NCBI GenBank assembly: GCA_029935255.1
Contig: JAOZKS010000001.1
Span: 1 to 36,261 of the forward strand
Source of the DNA: Pontiella sp.
GTDB lineage: Bacteria; Verrucomicrobiota; Kiritimatiellia; Kiritimatiellales; Pontiellaceae
DNA: 36,261 bases
Direction: 5' to 3'
In this document: piece after piece, positions 26,955 through 36,261 of the stretch
How the letters are laid out: the number at the start of each line of letters is the position of its first letter
Position numbering within the stretch: position 1 is the stretch's first letter
Notes under the pieces: model-generated
Told to the model about the DNA's origin: nothing
The model's input: the letters and a program-made list of their open reading frames with translations, nothing else
The model's database searches: none
Made by a program: the position numbers and the translations under genes

Positions 26955-27069
26955 AAGAACCCCAGTTAAATTGATTCCGTGCTTTGCGCAAAGCGAATTA
27001 TGCGTTGGACTTTCCCCGGAAAACGCAAGAAACTTTTCTCTCCATGAAAAAACAACGAATCGTACTACA

Positions 27070-28314
27070 ATGAAAAAAATAGAACTGCTTGTTATTGGGG
27101 CGGGCTCGCGCGGAACAGGCTATGCGGAATATGCCCTCGAGCACCCGGAGCAAGCCACCGTTGTTGGCGTGGCTGAACCGCGCGCGGAATACCGCAAGCA
27201 ACTTGCCGAAAAACATAACCTCCCGGCTGAAAATATTTTCACGGATTGGCAGGAACTCGCCGAACAACCCAAACTGGCCGATGCCGTCATCATCGCCACG
27301 CCCGATGCCGAACACGCCGCCCCCGCCATCGCCTTCGCAAAAAAGGGCTACCACATCCTGCTCGAAAAACCGATGGCCACCTCGGAGCAGGAGTGTAAAA
27401 GCATCACCGATGCCGCCATGGAATCCGGAATTATATTTTCCGTCTGTCACGTCCTGCGCTACACCGCCTTCACCCGCAAGCTCAAGGAACTGCTCGACGG
27501 CGGTCTCATTGGCGACATCGTTAGCCTTCAGGCGCTCGAACCCGTCGGCTACTGGCATCAGGCCCACTCTTTCGTACGTGGAAACTGGCGCAACGAAGCG
27601 GGGTCATCCTTCATGCTACTGGCCAAATGCTGCCACGATCTCGACTGGATCAGCCATATCATGGACTTGCCCTGCACCGCCATACACTCCTTCGGAAGCC
27701 TCATACATTTCCGCAAAGAGGAGCAACCCGAAGGCGCAACCGAACGCTGTGTCGATTGCACCATCGAACCCACCTGCCCCTACTCCGCAAAAAAGATCTA
27801 CTCCCACTTTCTCGAAAAAGGCTTGAAGGGCTGGCCGCTCGATGTCCTGACCTCCGATGTGACCGAAGAGAACATTGCCGAAGCCCTGCGCACGGGCCCC
27901 TATGGCCGCTGCGTCTATGCCTGCGACAACGACGTCGTCGACCATCAGATCGTCAACATGCAGTTCGACGGAGGGCAAACCGCCTCGCTCACCATGACCG
28001 CCTTTACTCAGGCCGCCGCCCGCAAGACCCGCATCTTCGGAACCAAGGGCGAGCTCGACTGCGACAGCTCCACCATCCGCCACTTCGATTTCCTGACCGA
28101 CCAATGGGAAACCATCGAGACCGACCCGGTCGATCATTCCATCCTCGGTGGCCATGGAGGGGGCGACTATGGATTAATGAAAGCCTTTATCGGTGCCATC
28201 GCCGACAACGATCCATCCCTCATCTTGTCCGGCCCGGCGGAAACACTTGAATCGCACCGCATGGTTTTCGCCGCCGAAGTCGCACGCCGCGAAGAGCGCG
28301 TCATCCGCATCTAA
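27070..28314 (+). CDS. Gfo/Idh/MocA family oxidoreductase
   Basis: IGAGSRG, ATPD, LEKP, HVLRY, HSFVRGNW, KCCHDLD, GHGGGD. Confidence 0.95.
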   Translation: MKKIELLVIGAGSRGTGYAEYALEHPEQATVVGVAEPRAEYRKQLAEKHNLPAENIFTDWQELAEQPKLADAVIIATPDAEHAAPAIAFAKKGYHILLEKPMATSEQECKSITDAAMESGIIFSVCHVLRYTAFTRKLKELLDGGLIGDIVSLQALEPVGYWHQAHSFVRGNWRNEAGSSFMLLAKCCHDLDWISHIMDLPCTAIHSFGSLIHFRKEEQPEGATERCVDCTIEPTCPYSAKKIYSHFLEKGLKGWPLDVLTSDVTEENIAEALRTGPYGRCVYACDNDVVDHQIVNMQFDGGQTASLTMTAFTQAAARKTRIFGTKGELDCDSSTIRHFDFLTDQWETIETDPVDHSILGGHGGGDYGLMKAFIGAIADNDPSLILSGPAETLESHRMVFAAEVARREERVIRI

Positions 28315-28431
28315 TCACTCCTCATACAGCCTCTTTATTCGGAATATTCCCAAAGCTCATCCTTGAAAACAGGCCGGTTAATCAAATGGGAACAATCCAG
28401 TTAGCCGCCCCAGCTCAACCCATAATCACCC

Positions 28432-28481
28432 CCTTATGTTACATCTAAACTGACGGCCGTCAGTTTAGATGTAACATAAGG
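28432..28481. repeat. Perfect 50-bp palindrome
   Basis: CCTTATGTTACATCTAAACTGACGG|CCGTCAGTTTAGATGTAACATAAGG, no spacer, no mismatch. Confidence 0.95.
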
Positions 28482-28509
28482 AAGCCCGTTTGAAATGTCT
28501 TCGGCGTGT

Positions 28510-29253
28510 TCAGCCCACATACTGCCGCCTGAACTCTCTGGGCGAAACGCCCATGAGTTTCCGGAAATTGCGGGTGAAGTGCGAGTGGTCGTAAAAGCCG
28601 CAGTCGAGCGCAATGGCGGCGATGGTATCGTTGGTGGTGGTCAGCAGTAGGCTGGCGGCGCGAATGCGCACGTTCATGATATGCTTGAGCGGTGAGATCT
28701 GGAAAACTTTGCGGAAGCGCCGCTCGAACTGGCTGATGGATAGGTGCATCAATGCAGCAAGCTCCTTGATTTCGATCGAATTCGCATAGTTATCACGTAC
28801 ATGCTCGAGCACCTCCTGCATCTCGGTGTAGGGCCGTAACGCCAGTCCGGCCCGGGTGATGTCGCGTGCGGTTCCCGCCAAGCCAATGATTTCGCCCTCG
28901 GAAGAGTAGAGCGGGACCTTCGTCGTGATGAACCAGTGGATCGAGTTTCCCGGGTCTGGAGCCAGCTCGACCCGATCAATAATGCTCTCTCCAGTCTCCA
29001 TTACAAAGTGGTCGTCCTTCACATAACTTTCGGCACGGCCCATCGGGAAATAGTCAAAATCGGTCTTGCCGACAATCTCGGCTTCCATCTCGGCACCGCA
29101 TTGTCGAACGAACGTATCGTTGGCCATCACGAAACGGCCTTTCAGATCCTTCACAAAAAAGTAGACATCCGGGAGGTGGTTGAACAGCAGTTGCATCTGC
29201 TGCGGGCTATGCATCCGTTTTAGGAAATCGGTTTTAAATTTCATGGATTCCAT
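28510..29253 (-). CDS. AraC-family regulator with N-terminal PAS domain
   Basis: PDVYFFVKDLKGRF...GKTDFD PAS domain; C-terminal LAALMHLSISQFERRF and CGFYDHSHFTRNF double HTH. Confidence 0.95.
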   Translation of the reverse strand: MESMKFKTDFLKRMHSPQQMQLLFNHLPDVYFFVKDLKGRFVMANDTFVRQCGAEMEAEIVGKTDFDYFPMGRAESYVKDDHFVMETGESIIDRVELAPDPGNSIHWFITTKVPLYSSEGEIIGLAGTARDITRAGLALRPYTEMQEVLEHVRDNYANSIEIKELAALMHLSISQFERRFRKVFQISPLKHIMNVRIRAASLLLTTTNDTIAAIALDCGFYDHSHFTRNFRKLMGVSPREFRRQYVG

Positions 29254-29282
29254 GGGAAGCCTCCTCTTTTAAGAAGCTTAAA

Positions 29283-29338
29283 ATATACAATTATGAGCCT
29301 AGCATCTACAAGACATCTGTTGGTGTTTTAGCTATTTT
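29283..29338 (+). promoter_or_regulatory. Candidate AraC-activated promoter of the MFS operon
   Basis: TACAA repeats 21 bp apart (29286, 29307); AAGACA-17 nt-TATTTT; same layout recurs at 35348-35400. Confidence 0.65.
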
Positions 29339-29378
29339 TACGTCGTTTGTTTAGCCAAACCATACAAGGGAGAATACT

Positions 29379-30851
29379 ATGTCGAAGTCATCCAACCCGA
29401 ATGCCGCCCGGCTTTTTCTCGGAAGCTGTCTTGCGCTTATCGCCACATCCGTCGCCTTTGCCGTCATCGGCGATATTATGGGCACACTGAAAACGCAGTT
29501 TGTTCTAACGAATGCTCAGGTCGGAATGATTGGCGGAGCCGCACTTTGGGGCTTCACCGTCTCCATGATCGCCCTGGGCCCGCTGTGCGACGCCCTTGGC
29601 ATGAAGCGCTTATTGGGCTTTGCGTTCGTTTGCCATCTGGTCGGCCCATTGATCATGATTTTCGCCAACGGCTTCGGCATGCTCTTTGCCGGAGCGCTCA
29701 TTCTGGCGCTGGGCAACGGCACGGTCGAGGCCGCCTGCAACCCGCTGGTCGCCACGCTCTATCCCAACAACAAAACCGTTAAGCTTAACCAGTTCCACGT
29801 TTGGTTTCCCGGCGGCATCGTGATTGGCGGCCTACTCTGCTTCGCTCTCTCGCAACTAGGCAACCATTCCTGGCAGCTGCGCCTCGTGCTCGTCATGATT
29901 CCCGCACTCATCTATGGGATTCTCTTCATTGGTCAGAGTTTCCCGGCCACCGAGCGCGTGCAGTCCGGCATCAGCTTTGGCGGCATGTGCAAAGCCACCT
30001 TCCTCCGCCCGTTTTTCTGGGTTATGTTCCTCTGCATGGGCATCACCGCCTCGCTCGAGCTCGGCCCCAACCGCTGGATCCCGGCCATCCTGCAGGCCGG
30101 CGGCATGCACGGCATTCTCGTGCTCGTCTACATCACCGGTCTCATGGCCGTACTCCGTCAATTTGCCGGATCGATCGTCCATCGGCTCTCTCCGCCCGGA
30201 CTCCTCTGCATCTCCGCCATTCTGGGCGGGCTCGGCCTCTACTGGCTCAGCTTTGCTGAAAGCATCGGCATGGCCATCGCCGCCGCCACCGTCTTCGCCC
30301 TCGGCGTCTGCTTCTTCTGGCCCACCATGCTTGGCGTGGTGGCCGAGCGTATCCCGAAAGGCGGCGCGCTCGCCCTCGCCCTGATGGGCGGTATGGGGAT
30401 GCTTGCATCCGGCATGATTGCTTCTCCAATGATTGGAAGCGCCGCCGACACCTATCTCAAGGAAAAGCTGCCACAGGCCGAAACCACCGCCGTGCTCGAA
30501 CAAATCGCAGCCACCTTCCCCCAGCTGCAGGCTGAAGCCGAAGGCAACCTCGGTGAGGACCTCCAGCCCGGCATCGATTCTGCCAACGCCGCACTCGCCA
30601 AAATCCAGGCCGATCCCAACGGCGCACTACCCCACCCCGACACCGCCAACGCCCTGCGCGCGGCCATCAGCTCGGGCGTTGATGATCCCGTCGTGGCCCA
30701 GGCCACCGACATCCTCAACCCGGCCGACAACTATGGAGGCCGCATGTCCTTCCGTCTCATTGCCCCGTTCGCAATCATTCTGGTCGTCGTCTTCGGAGCC
30801 ATGTATCTCGGCGACAAGCGCAAAGGCGGCTACAAGGCCGAAGAGATCTAA
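29379..30851 (+). CDS. MFS sugar transporter (FucP-like)
   Basis: About 12 TM segments, GNGTVEAACNPLVATLYP, FHVWFPGG, FFWPTM; soluble insertion before the last TM. Confidence 0.93.
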   Translation: MSKSSNPNAARLFLGSCLALIATSVAFAVIGDIMGTLKTQFVLTNAQVGMIGGAALWGFTVSMIALGPLCDALGMKRLLGFAFVCHLVGPLIMIFANGFGMLFAGALILALGNGTVEAACNPLVATLYPNNKTVKLNQFHVWFPGGIVIGGLLCFALSQLGNHSWQLRLVLVMIPALIYGILFIGQSFPATERVQSGISFGGMCKATFLRPFFWVMFLCMGITASLELGPNRWIPAILQAGGMHGILVLVYITGLMAVLRQFAGSIVHRLSPPGLLCISAILGGLGLYWLSFAESIGMAIAAATVFALGVCFFWPTMLGVVAERIPKGGALALALMGGMGMLASGMIASPMIGSAADTYLKEKLPQAETTAVLEQIAATFPQLQAEAEGNLGEDLQPGIDSANAALAKIQADPNGALPHPDTANALRAAISSGVDDPVVAQATDILNPADNYGGRMSFRLIAPFAIILVVVFGAMYLGDKRKGGYKAEEI

Positions 30852-30864
30852 AAGGAGCAACCAA

Positions 30865-32025
30865 ATGGAAAGAAAACTACGCATGGGAATGGTCGGCGGG
30901 GGGCCGGGGGCCTTTATTGGTGAAGTCCACCGCAAGGCATCGCGCATGGACGGCGGCATCGAACTTGTGGCGGGGGCATTCGATATTGATCCCAAGAAAA
31001 GTCGGCAGATGGGCAAGACGCTTTGCCTCGATAAAAAGCGTGTTTATAATGATTTCCAAACGATGCTCGAAAAAGAGTCCGCCCTTCCCGAGAACGAACG
31101 GATCGACTTTGTTGCGGTCTGCACACCGAACCACATGCACTTTCCAATCGCCAAGGCCTTCCTCAACGCCGGGTTTCATGTGATGTGCGAAAAGCCGATG
31201 ACGCTCACGGTCAAAGAGGCCGAAGAGCTAAAGGTCATCGTCCAGAAAACGCGCAAGGTTTTTGGTCTGATGCACACCTACACCGCCTACCCCATGGTCA
31301 AGCTCGCCCGCGATATGGTCCGGCAGGGTGACCTTGGAAAAATCCGCAAGGTCATCGTTCAATATCCACAAGGCTGGCTGGCGCGCCCCATCGAAAAAGA
31401 AGGTCAGCAACAGGCCGCCTGGCGCACCGACCCGAAAAAGAGCGGAGCCGCCGGCTGCATGGGCGACATTGGAACCCACGCCGCCAACCTCGCCGAATAT
31501 GTCTCCGGTCTAACCATCAAAGAACTCGCCGCCGACCTGACGGCCTTTGTTAAGGGGCGCCGCCTCGACGATGACGGCAACTGCCTGCTACGTTTCAACA
31601 AGAGCGCGAAAGGCCTGCTGCATGCCAGCCAGATTTCGATCGGGCAGGAAAACAACCTAGCCCTCTGGGTACACGGTGAAGATGCCAGCCTTGAATGGCA
31701 TCAGGAACACCCGAACTACCTGCATGTCGACACCCTCAACGCCCCGACCCAGATCTGGAAACGCGGCAACGAATATGTCGGCGCAAAGTCTGAAGCGGCC
31801 GGACGCGCCACGCGCATTCCCGCCGGGCATCCGGAGGCCTTTCTGGAGGCCTTCGCCAATAACTACTGCAACTTTGCCGATACCATCCGCGCAAAAGACA
31901 ACAAGCAAAAGGCCACCGAACTCATCACCGACTTCCCAGGCATCAAGGAAGGGGTCGCCGGAATGAAGTTTATCGATGCGGTGGTGAAAAGCAGTAAGGC
32001 CAACTCAAAATGGACAACGATCTAA
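30865..32025 (+). CDS. Gfo/Idh/MocA family oxidoreductase
   Basis: AAGGAG RBS; GMVGGGPGAFIG, TPNHMH, CEKP, QYPQGWL, WRTDP, GDIGTH, GHPE. Confidence 0.95.
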   Translation: MERKLRMGMVGGGPGAFIGEVHRKASRMDGGIELVAGAFDIDPKKSRQMGKTLCLDKKRVYNDFQTMLEKESALPENERIDFVAVCTPNHMHFPIAKAFLNAGFHVMCEKPMTLTVKEAEELKVIVQKTRKVFGLMHTYTAYPMVKLARDMVRQGDLGKIRKVIVQYPQGWLARPIEKEGQQQAAWRTDPKKSGAAGCMGDIGTHAANLAEYVSGLTIKELAADLTAFVKGRRLDDDGNCLLRFNKSAKGLLHASQISIGQENNLALWVHGEDASLEWHQEHPNYLHVDTLNAPTQIWKRGNEYVGAKSEAAGRATRIPAGHPEAFLEAFANNYCNFADTIRAKDNKQKATELITDFPGIKEGVAGMKFIDAVVKSSKANSKWTTI

Positions 32026-32036
32026 GGAGAAACCCC

Positions 32037-33026
32037 ATGACTCGACCCACCACCCTGTTCACCGGACAATGGGCGGATCTTCCGCTCGAAACCCTTGCCA
32101 AGAAAGCTGCCGAGTGGGGCTATGACGGCCTTGAACTCGCCTGCTGGGGCGACCACATGGACGTCGATAAAGCCGCCCGCAGCAAGAAATATTGCAAGGA
32201 ACGCCACGACCTGCTGGCCGACTATGGCCTGAAATGCTGGGCCATCAGCAACCACCTCGCCGGGCAACTCGTCTGCGACCTCAACGACGACCGTTCCGAT
32301 ATGTTCGCCCCGGCCGACTGCGCGGGCGATCCCGAAAAAAAGCGCAAGTGGGCCATCCGCACCATGAAGAACAGCGCGAAAGCGGCGAAGAACATGGGCA
32401 TCAAAGTGGTCAATGGTTTCACCGGCTCGTCCATCTGGCACCTGCTCTACAGTTTCCCGCCCGTCAGCGATAAAATGATCGATGACGGCTTCGCCTATTT
32501 TGCCAAGCTATGGAATCCGATCCTCGATGTCTACGACCAGTGCGGGGTCAGGTTTGCCCTGGAAGTCCACCCGACCGAAATCGCCTTCGATACCGTCACC
32601 GCCCGCCGCGCACTCAAGGCGATTAAAAATCGCAAGGCATTCGGCTTTAACTTCGATCCCTCCCACCTCGAATGGCAAGGGGTCGATCCGGTTAAATTTC
32701 TCAAGGCCTTCCCCGACCGCATCTACCACGTCCACATGAAGGACTGCGCCGTGACGCTCGACGGCGAAAGCGGCATTCTCGGCTCGCACCTCAACTTTGG
32801 TTCACCCGGTCGAGGATGGGACTTCCGTAGCCTCGGGCGCGGCGATGTCGACTTCGAAGAAATCATCCGCACCCTCAATCAGCAAAACTATACTGGCCCG
32901 CTCTCCGTCGAATGGGAGGATGCCGCAATGGATCGCGAACACGGGGCCAAAGAGGCCTGTGAGTTCGTCAAAAACATCGACTTCACCAAATCCGACCAAG
33001 TTTTCGACGAAGCCTTCGACAACTAA
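32037..33026 (+). CDS. Sugar phosphate isomerase/epimerase-type TIM barrel (xylose isomerase-like)
   Basis: LFTGQWADL, GYDGLELACWGDH, ALEVHPTE, NFDPSH, HVHMKD, SVEWED. Confidence 0.93.
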   Translation: MTRPTTLFTGQWADLPLETLAKKAAEWGYDGLELACWGDHMDVDKAARSKKYCKERHDLLADYGLKCWAISNHLAGQLVCDLNDDRSDMFAPADCAGDPEKKRKWAIRTMKNSAKAAKNMGIKVVNGFTGSSIWHLLYSFPPVSDKMIDDGFAYFAKLWNPILDVYDQCGVRFALEVHPTEIAFDTVTARRALKAIKNRKAFGFNFDPSHLEWQGVDPVKFLKAFPDRIYHVHMKDCAVTLDGESGILGSHLNFGSPGRGWDFRSLGRGDVDFEEIIRTLNQQNYTGPLSVEWEDAAMDREHGAKEACEFVKNIDFTKSDQVFDEAFDN

Positions 33027-33045
33027 ACTGCACATAGAAATTATT

Positions 33046-33924
33046 ATGAAAACAAAATCAATCATCACCGGCCTGCTAGCGACACTGGTCGTCGGCAGTG
33101 CGTCCGCCGCAAAAACAAAGCTCGTTCCCCCGACCGAACAGGAAATCAAAAAAATCGAACAGGCCTTGCCCGCCACGGCTCCAGCCAAAACATCCAAACC
33201 CCGGAAGATCCTGCTCTTCTCCCGTTGCGACGGCTTTGTGCATAAATCCATCCCCATCGGCATCAAATCGATGGAAATGCTCGGCGAAAAAACTGGAGCC
33301 TACACCACCGAACACAGCACCGAACTAGAGGCCTTCACAACCGAAAACCTCGCGCGTTTCGATGCCATCCTGTTCCTCAGCACCACCAAGCTCAACCCTG
33401 CGCCCGAGCAAAAAAAGGCACTGCTCGACTTTGCCCGCAGCGGAAAAGGCATTATCGGCATCCATGCCGCCAGCGATAATTTCTATGAATGGGAAGAGGG
33501 CGCGGCCATGATCGGCGGCCTCTTCTGCGGCCATCCATGGACCAAAAGCTGCACCGTGCAAATCAAACTCGACGAGCCCGACCACCCCATCAATGCCTGT
33601 TTCCACGGGCAGCCCTTCAAGATCAAAGACGAGATCTACCAGTTCAAAGATCCCTACTCCCGCGAAAAACAGCGCGTCCTCACCAGCCTCGACATGAACG
33701 ACCCCGACACCCAGGCCGTCAAGGGCGGAAACGCCGCAAAGATCGTCCGCACCGATAACGACTTTGGCATCACCTGGATCAAGCGCGAAGGCCAAGGCCG
33801 CGTCTTCTACTGCTCCCTCGGCCACAACAGCGAAATCTTCTGGAACCCCGCCGTCCTCCAACACTACCTCGCCGGCATCCAGTATGCTCTTGGCGACTAC
33901 GATGTGCCCGATCAGGTCAAATAA
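33046..33924 (+). CDS. Exported ThuA-domain protein
   Basis: Signal peptide; GFVHKSI, GIIGIHAASD, GGLFCGHPW, DEIYQF, GRVFYCSLGH. Confidence 0.92.
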   Translation: MKTKSIITGLLATLVVGSASAAKTKLVPPTEQEIKKIEQALPATAPAKTSKPRKILLFSRCDGFVHKSIPIGIKSMEMLGEKTGAYTTEHSTELEAFTTENLARFDAILFLSTTKLNPAPEQKKALLDFARSGKGIIGIHAASDNFYEWEEGAAMIGGLFCGHPWTKSCTVQIKLDEPDHPINACFHGQPFKIKDEIYQFKDPYSREKQRVLTSLDMNDPDTQAVKGGNAAKIVRTDNDFGITWIKREGQGRVFYCSLGHNSEIFWNPAVLQHYLAGIQYALGDYDVPDQVK

Positions 33925-33960
33925 CCCTCTCGTACAACCGTCATCACCTATGGAGTTAAT

Positions 33961-35319
33961 ATGAATCAAACACTCTCCCGCCAACACTTTCTATCCCAAA
34001 CAGCCTTAGCCGCGGGGGCAGCTTGGTCGTTGCCGCGATTTTCCATTGGAAAGCCCGGGGAATCTGCCAATGAAAAACTCAACGTGGCGGTCATTGGCCT
34101 TGGAGGCATGGGCGCCTACGCAGTCAGAGAAGCCGCCAAACAGAATCTGGTGGCCTTCTGCGATGTCGATGACAACCGCGCAAGCAAAGCCTATGAAGCA
34201 CACCCGGATGTTCCCCGGTTCAGAGACTTCCGAGCCATGCTGGACAAGCACCACAAGGAGATCGATGCGGTGCTAATCTCCACCCCCGACCACACCCATT
34301 TCCCGGCGGCCATGGCATCGATGGAGCTTGGAAAACATGTTTTTGTGCAAAAGCCTTTGGCGCACGACATCTGGCAGCTTCGCACCCTGCAAAAGGCGGC
34401 CCAATACTACAACGTCCAAACAGTAATGGGAAATCAGGGTCACTGCTCCACAGGCATCCGCCAAATCAAAGAATGGTATGATGCCGGACTTTTGGGCGAT
34501 GTGACCGAAATCCATGCATGGACTAACCGGATTTACCCGCAATGGCTGTTTCCAAAAGACCAGTATCCTCCCGCAAAACAACCGGTTCCAGAAAGCCTGG
34601 ACTGGAATGGCTGGTTAGGACCCGCCACCGAACGGGACTACAACAAATGCTACCTTCCCCAAAATTGGCGGGTGTGGTGGGATTTCGGGATAGGTGCCTT
34701 AGGCGATATTGGGTGCCACCTACTAGATGCCCCGTTTTGGGCACTGGATCTGACCGGCCCCGTTTCCGTACAGGCCGAAGCGGAAGATTTCCACGAGTAT
34801 ATATCACCCACATCAGGAAGCATCACCTTCACGTTTCCGAAACGCGGCAACAAAGCACCGCTGACCCTCAAATGGTATGAAGGCGGAAAAATGCCACCCA
34901 AGCCAGAAGGCTTCGACTTTTCGGAAAAACTGCCTACCAACGGCATCCTTATGGTCGGCACCAAAAACACCTTCTACCATTCCGGCATACGCCCCAACCA
35001 GCCGATGCTCGTCATGTCCCGCAAGGATTGGCATGAGTTTCGCCAAACGGAACTTCCCCCGGAAAGCATTCCGCGCAGTGAAACTAAACATCCCATCGGC
35101 GAACTCTATGCCGCCATCAAAGGGGGGCCGCAACCAGGATCCAACTTCGACTATGCAGCTCCGCTGTCGGAAATGTGCTCCCTCGGCGCGATCGCCCTGC
35201 GTACTGGAAAGAAACTGGATTATGATCCCAAGGCCATGTCGTTCAAAAACGCTAGCCTTAACCGCTACATCAAGGATCCGGTTCGCAAGGGCTGGGAATA
35301 TGGAGAGAAGCTCTGGTGA
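33961..35319 (+). CDS. Gfo/Idh/MocA oxidoreductase with Tat-like leader
   Basis: Leader SRQHFL; IGLGGMG, STPDHTH, VQKP, MGNQG, WLGPA, WWDFGIGALGDIGCH. Confidence 0.94.
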   Translation: MNQTLSRQHFLSQTALAAGAAWSLPRFSIGKPGESANEKLNVAVIGLGGMGAYAVREAAKQNLVAFCDVDDNRASKAYEAHPDVPRFRDFRAMLDKHHKEIDAVLISTPDHTHFPAAMASMELGKHVFVQKPLAHDIWQLRTLQKAAQYYNVQTVMGNQGHCSTGIRQIKEWYDAGLLGDVTEIHAWTNRIYPQWLFPKDQYPPAKQPVPESLDWNGWLGPATERDYNKCYLPQNWRVWWDFGIGALGDIGCHLLDAPFWALDLTGPVSVQAEAEDFHEYISPTSGSITFTFPKRGNKAPLTLKWYEGGKMPPKPEGFDFSEKLPTNGILMVGTKNTFYHSGIRPNQPMLVMSRKDWHEFRQTELPPESIPRSETKHPIGELYAAIKGGPQPGSNFDYAAPLSEMCSLGAIALRTGKKLDYDPKAMSFKNASLNRYIKDPVRKGWEYGEKLW

Positions 35320-35344
35320 AAACCGCAAGACGCCAAGCCGTTTT

Positions 35345-35400
35345 TCATACAAGCTCTGGCGTTGATTCTACAAGACATAGGTTGGTAAGTGGCTTATGTT
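35345..35400 (+). promoter_or_regulatory. Second copy of the candidate AraC-activated promoter
   Basis: TACAA at 35348 and 35369 (21 bp apart); TCTACAAGACATagGTTGGT; AAGACA-17 nt-TATGTT. Confidence 0.65.
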
Positions 35401-35551
35401 CCTCGACATAAATACAAGAAAGACCGATCACTCCACCCCTCGAAAACAAACGAAGGAAAGGGCGGTTGTTTTTTGTTGAACCAGCTACCCAAACACGATA
35501 GAAAAACAATTTGTTATCTTTATTCACAAATACGCTCGGGGGATATTAGAC

Positions 35552-36261
35552 ATGGAACTGAACAGAACTCAATTTATGCAAACGGCCGCCATCGCCGGAA
35601 CCATGCTGGCCTCGCTAAAGGCGCGCGCGATTGAAAACGCCGAACTCTCAGCAAAGAAAAAACCGGATCAGCTCAATATTGCGCTGATCGGTGCAGGTGC
35701 TCAGGGCCGTATCCTGACCGAATCCTGCCTACGCATTCCAGGCATTCGGTTCGTTGCCATCTGCGATATCTGGAACTATTCCCAACGCTATTCGGAACGC
35801 TACCTCAAAAAATATGGCCACGACGTCACCGTTTACGAGGACTACAAGGAACTCCTCGCCAACGAGAAAGAGAAGCTCGATGCGGTCGTCGTCGCCTCCC
35901 CCGACTGGATGCATGCCGAGCATGCCAACGCCTGCATGAACGCCGGCCTCGACGTCTATTGCGAAAAAGAGATGTCGAACACGCTCGAAAAAGCCGCGAG
36001 CATGGTGCACACCGCCAAGGAAACCGGCAAACTGCTGCAGATCGGCCACCAACGCCGCTCCAACCCACGCTATATCCACGCCATCGAAAAACTCATCCAC
36101 GATGAAAAACTGCTCGGCACCGTCACCACAGCCACTGCACAGTGGAACCGCGCCAAGGCCGACGATATCGGCTGGCCATCAAAATATGAAATGGACGCCA
36201 CCACGCTCGACAAATATGGCTACAACTCCATGACCGAGTTCCGCAACTGGCGCTGGTACAA
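35552..36261 (+). CDS. Gfo/Idh/MocA oxidoreductase with Tat-like leader, partial (runs off the window edge)
   Basis: Absent from the ORF track; translated by hand: MELNRTQFMQTAAIAG...NIALIGAGAQG...AICDIW...ASPDWMH...VYCEKEM...LLQIGHQRRS. Confidence 0.92.
   Translation, partial: MELNRTQFMQTAAIAGTMLASLKARAIENAELSAKKKPDQLNIALIGAGAQGRILTESCLRIPGIRFVAICDIWNYSQRYSERYLKKYGHDVTVYEDYKELLANEKEKLDAVVVASPDWMHAEHANACMNAGLDVYCEKEMSNTLEKAASMVHTAKETGKLLQIGHQRRSNPRYIHAIEKLIHDEKLLGTVTTATAQWNRAKADDIGWPSKYEMDATTLDKYGYNSMTEFRNWRWY

Noticed and set aside
30433-30864. N-terminal extension of the 530-aa ORF (likewise 32797-33045 and 11329-11451)
   Set aside because: These extensions overlap upstream genes or a promoter; family homology or signal peptides begin at the downstream ATGs.

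Overview
Bacterial chromosomal window, probably PVC superphylum (Kiritimatiellota/Verrucomicrobiota-like; inferred from PEP-CTERM proteins, a sulfatase and clustered Gfo/Idh/MocA genes). 1-11.5 kb (minus strand) is an exopolysaccharide/surface locus: a five-repeat Ig-like protein, two small exported proteins, a short OPX plus outer-membrane beta-barrel, an FGE-domain PEP-CTERM protein with an unusual 100-aa tail, Wzc, a GT4 glycosyltransferase and a partial beta-helix protein. It carries two sigma54-type promoters, two internal terminators and a JUMPstart/ops-like element. 12-15.6 kb holds an acyl-CoA ligase, a thioesterase, rsgA and a small HicB-like gene. 15.8-20.3 kb is the most unusual part: a four-gene operon encoding a MotA/ZorA-like channel with a long 18/22-residue repeat tail, a MotB/ZorB-like partner without a recognisable OmpA domain, a 5xPEGA lipoprotein and a CxxC/CxxC exported protein, with no Zorya effectors. 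20.5-27 kb holds apt, hslO, an RluA-family enzyme, a PEP-CTERM protein, a sulfatase and a metallophosphoesterase. 27-36.3 kb is a PAS-AraC-linked sugar catabolic cluster (four Gfo/Idh/MocA genes, TIM-barrel, ThuA, MFS) in which two promoters share a candidate operator. All calls are by eye from motifs; no searches were run. Many ORF-track starts were moved to more plausible ATGs.
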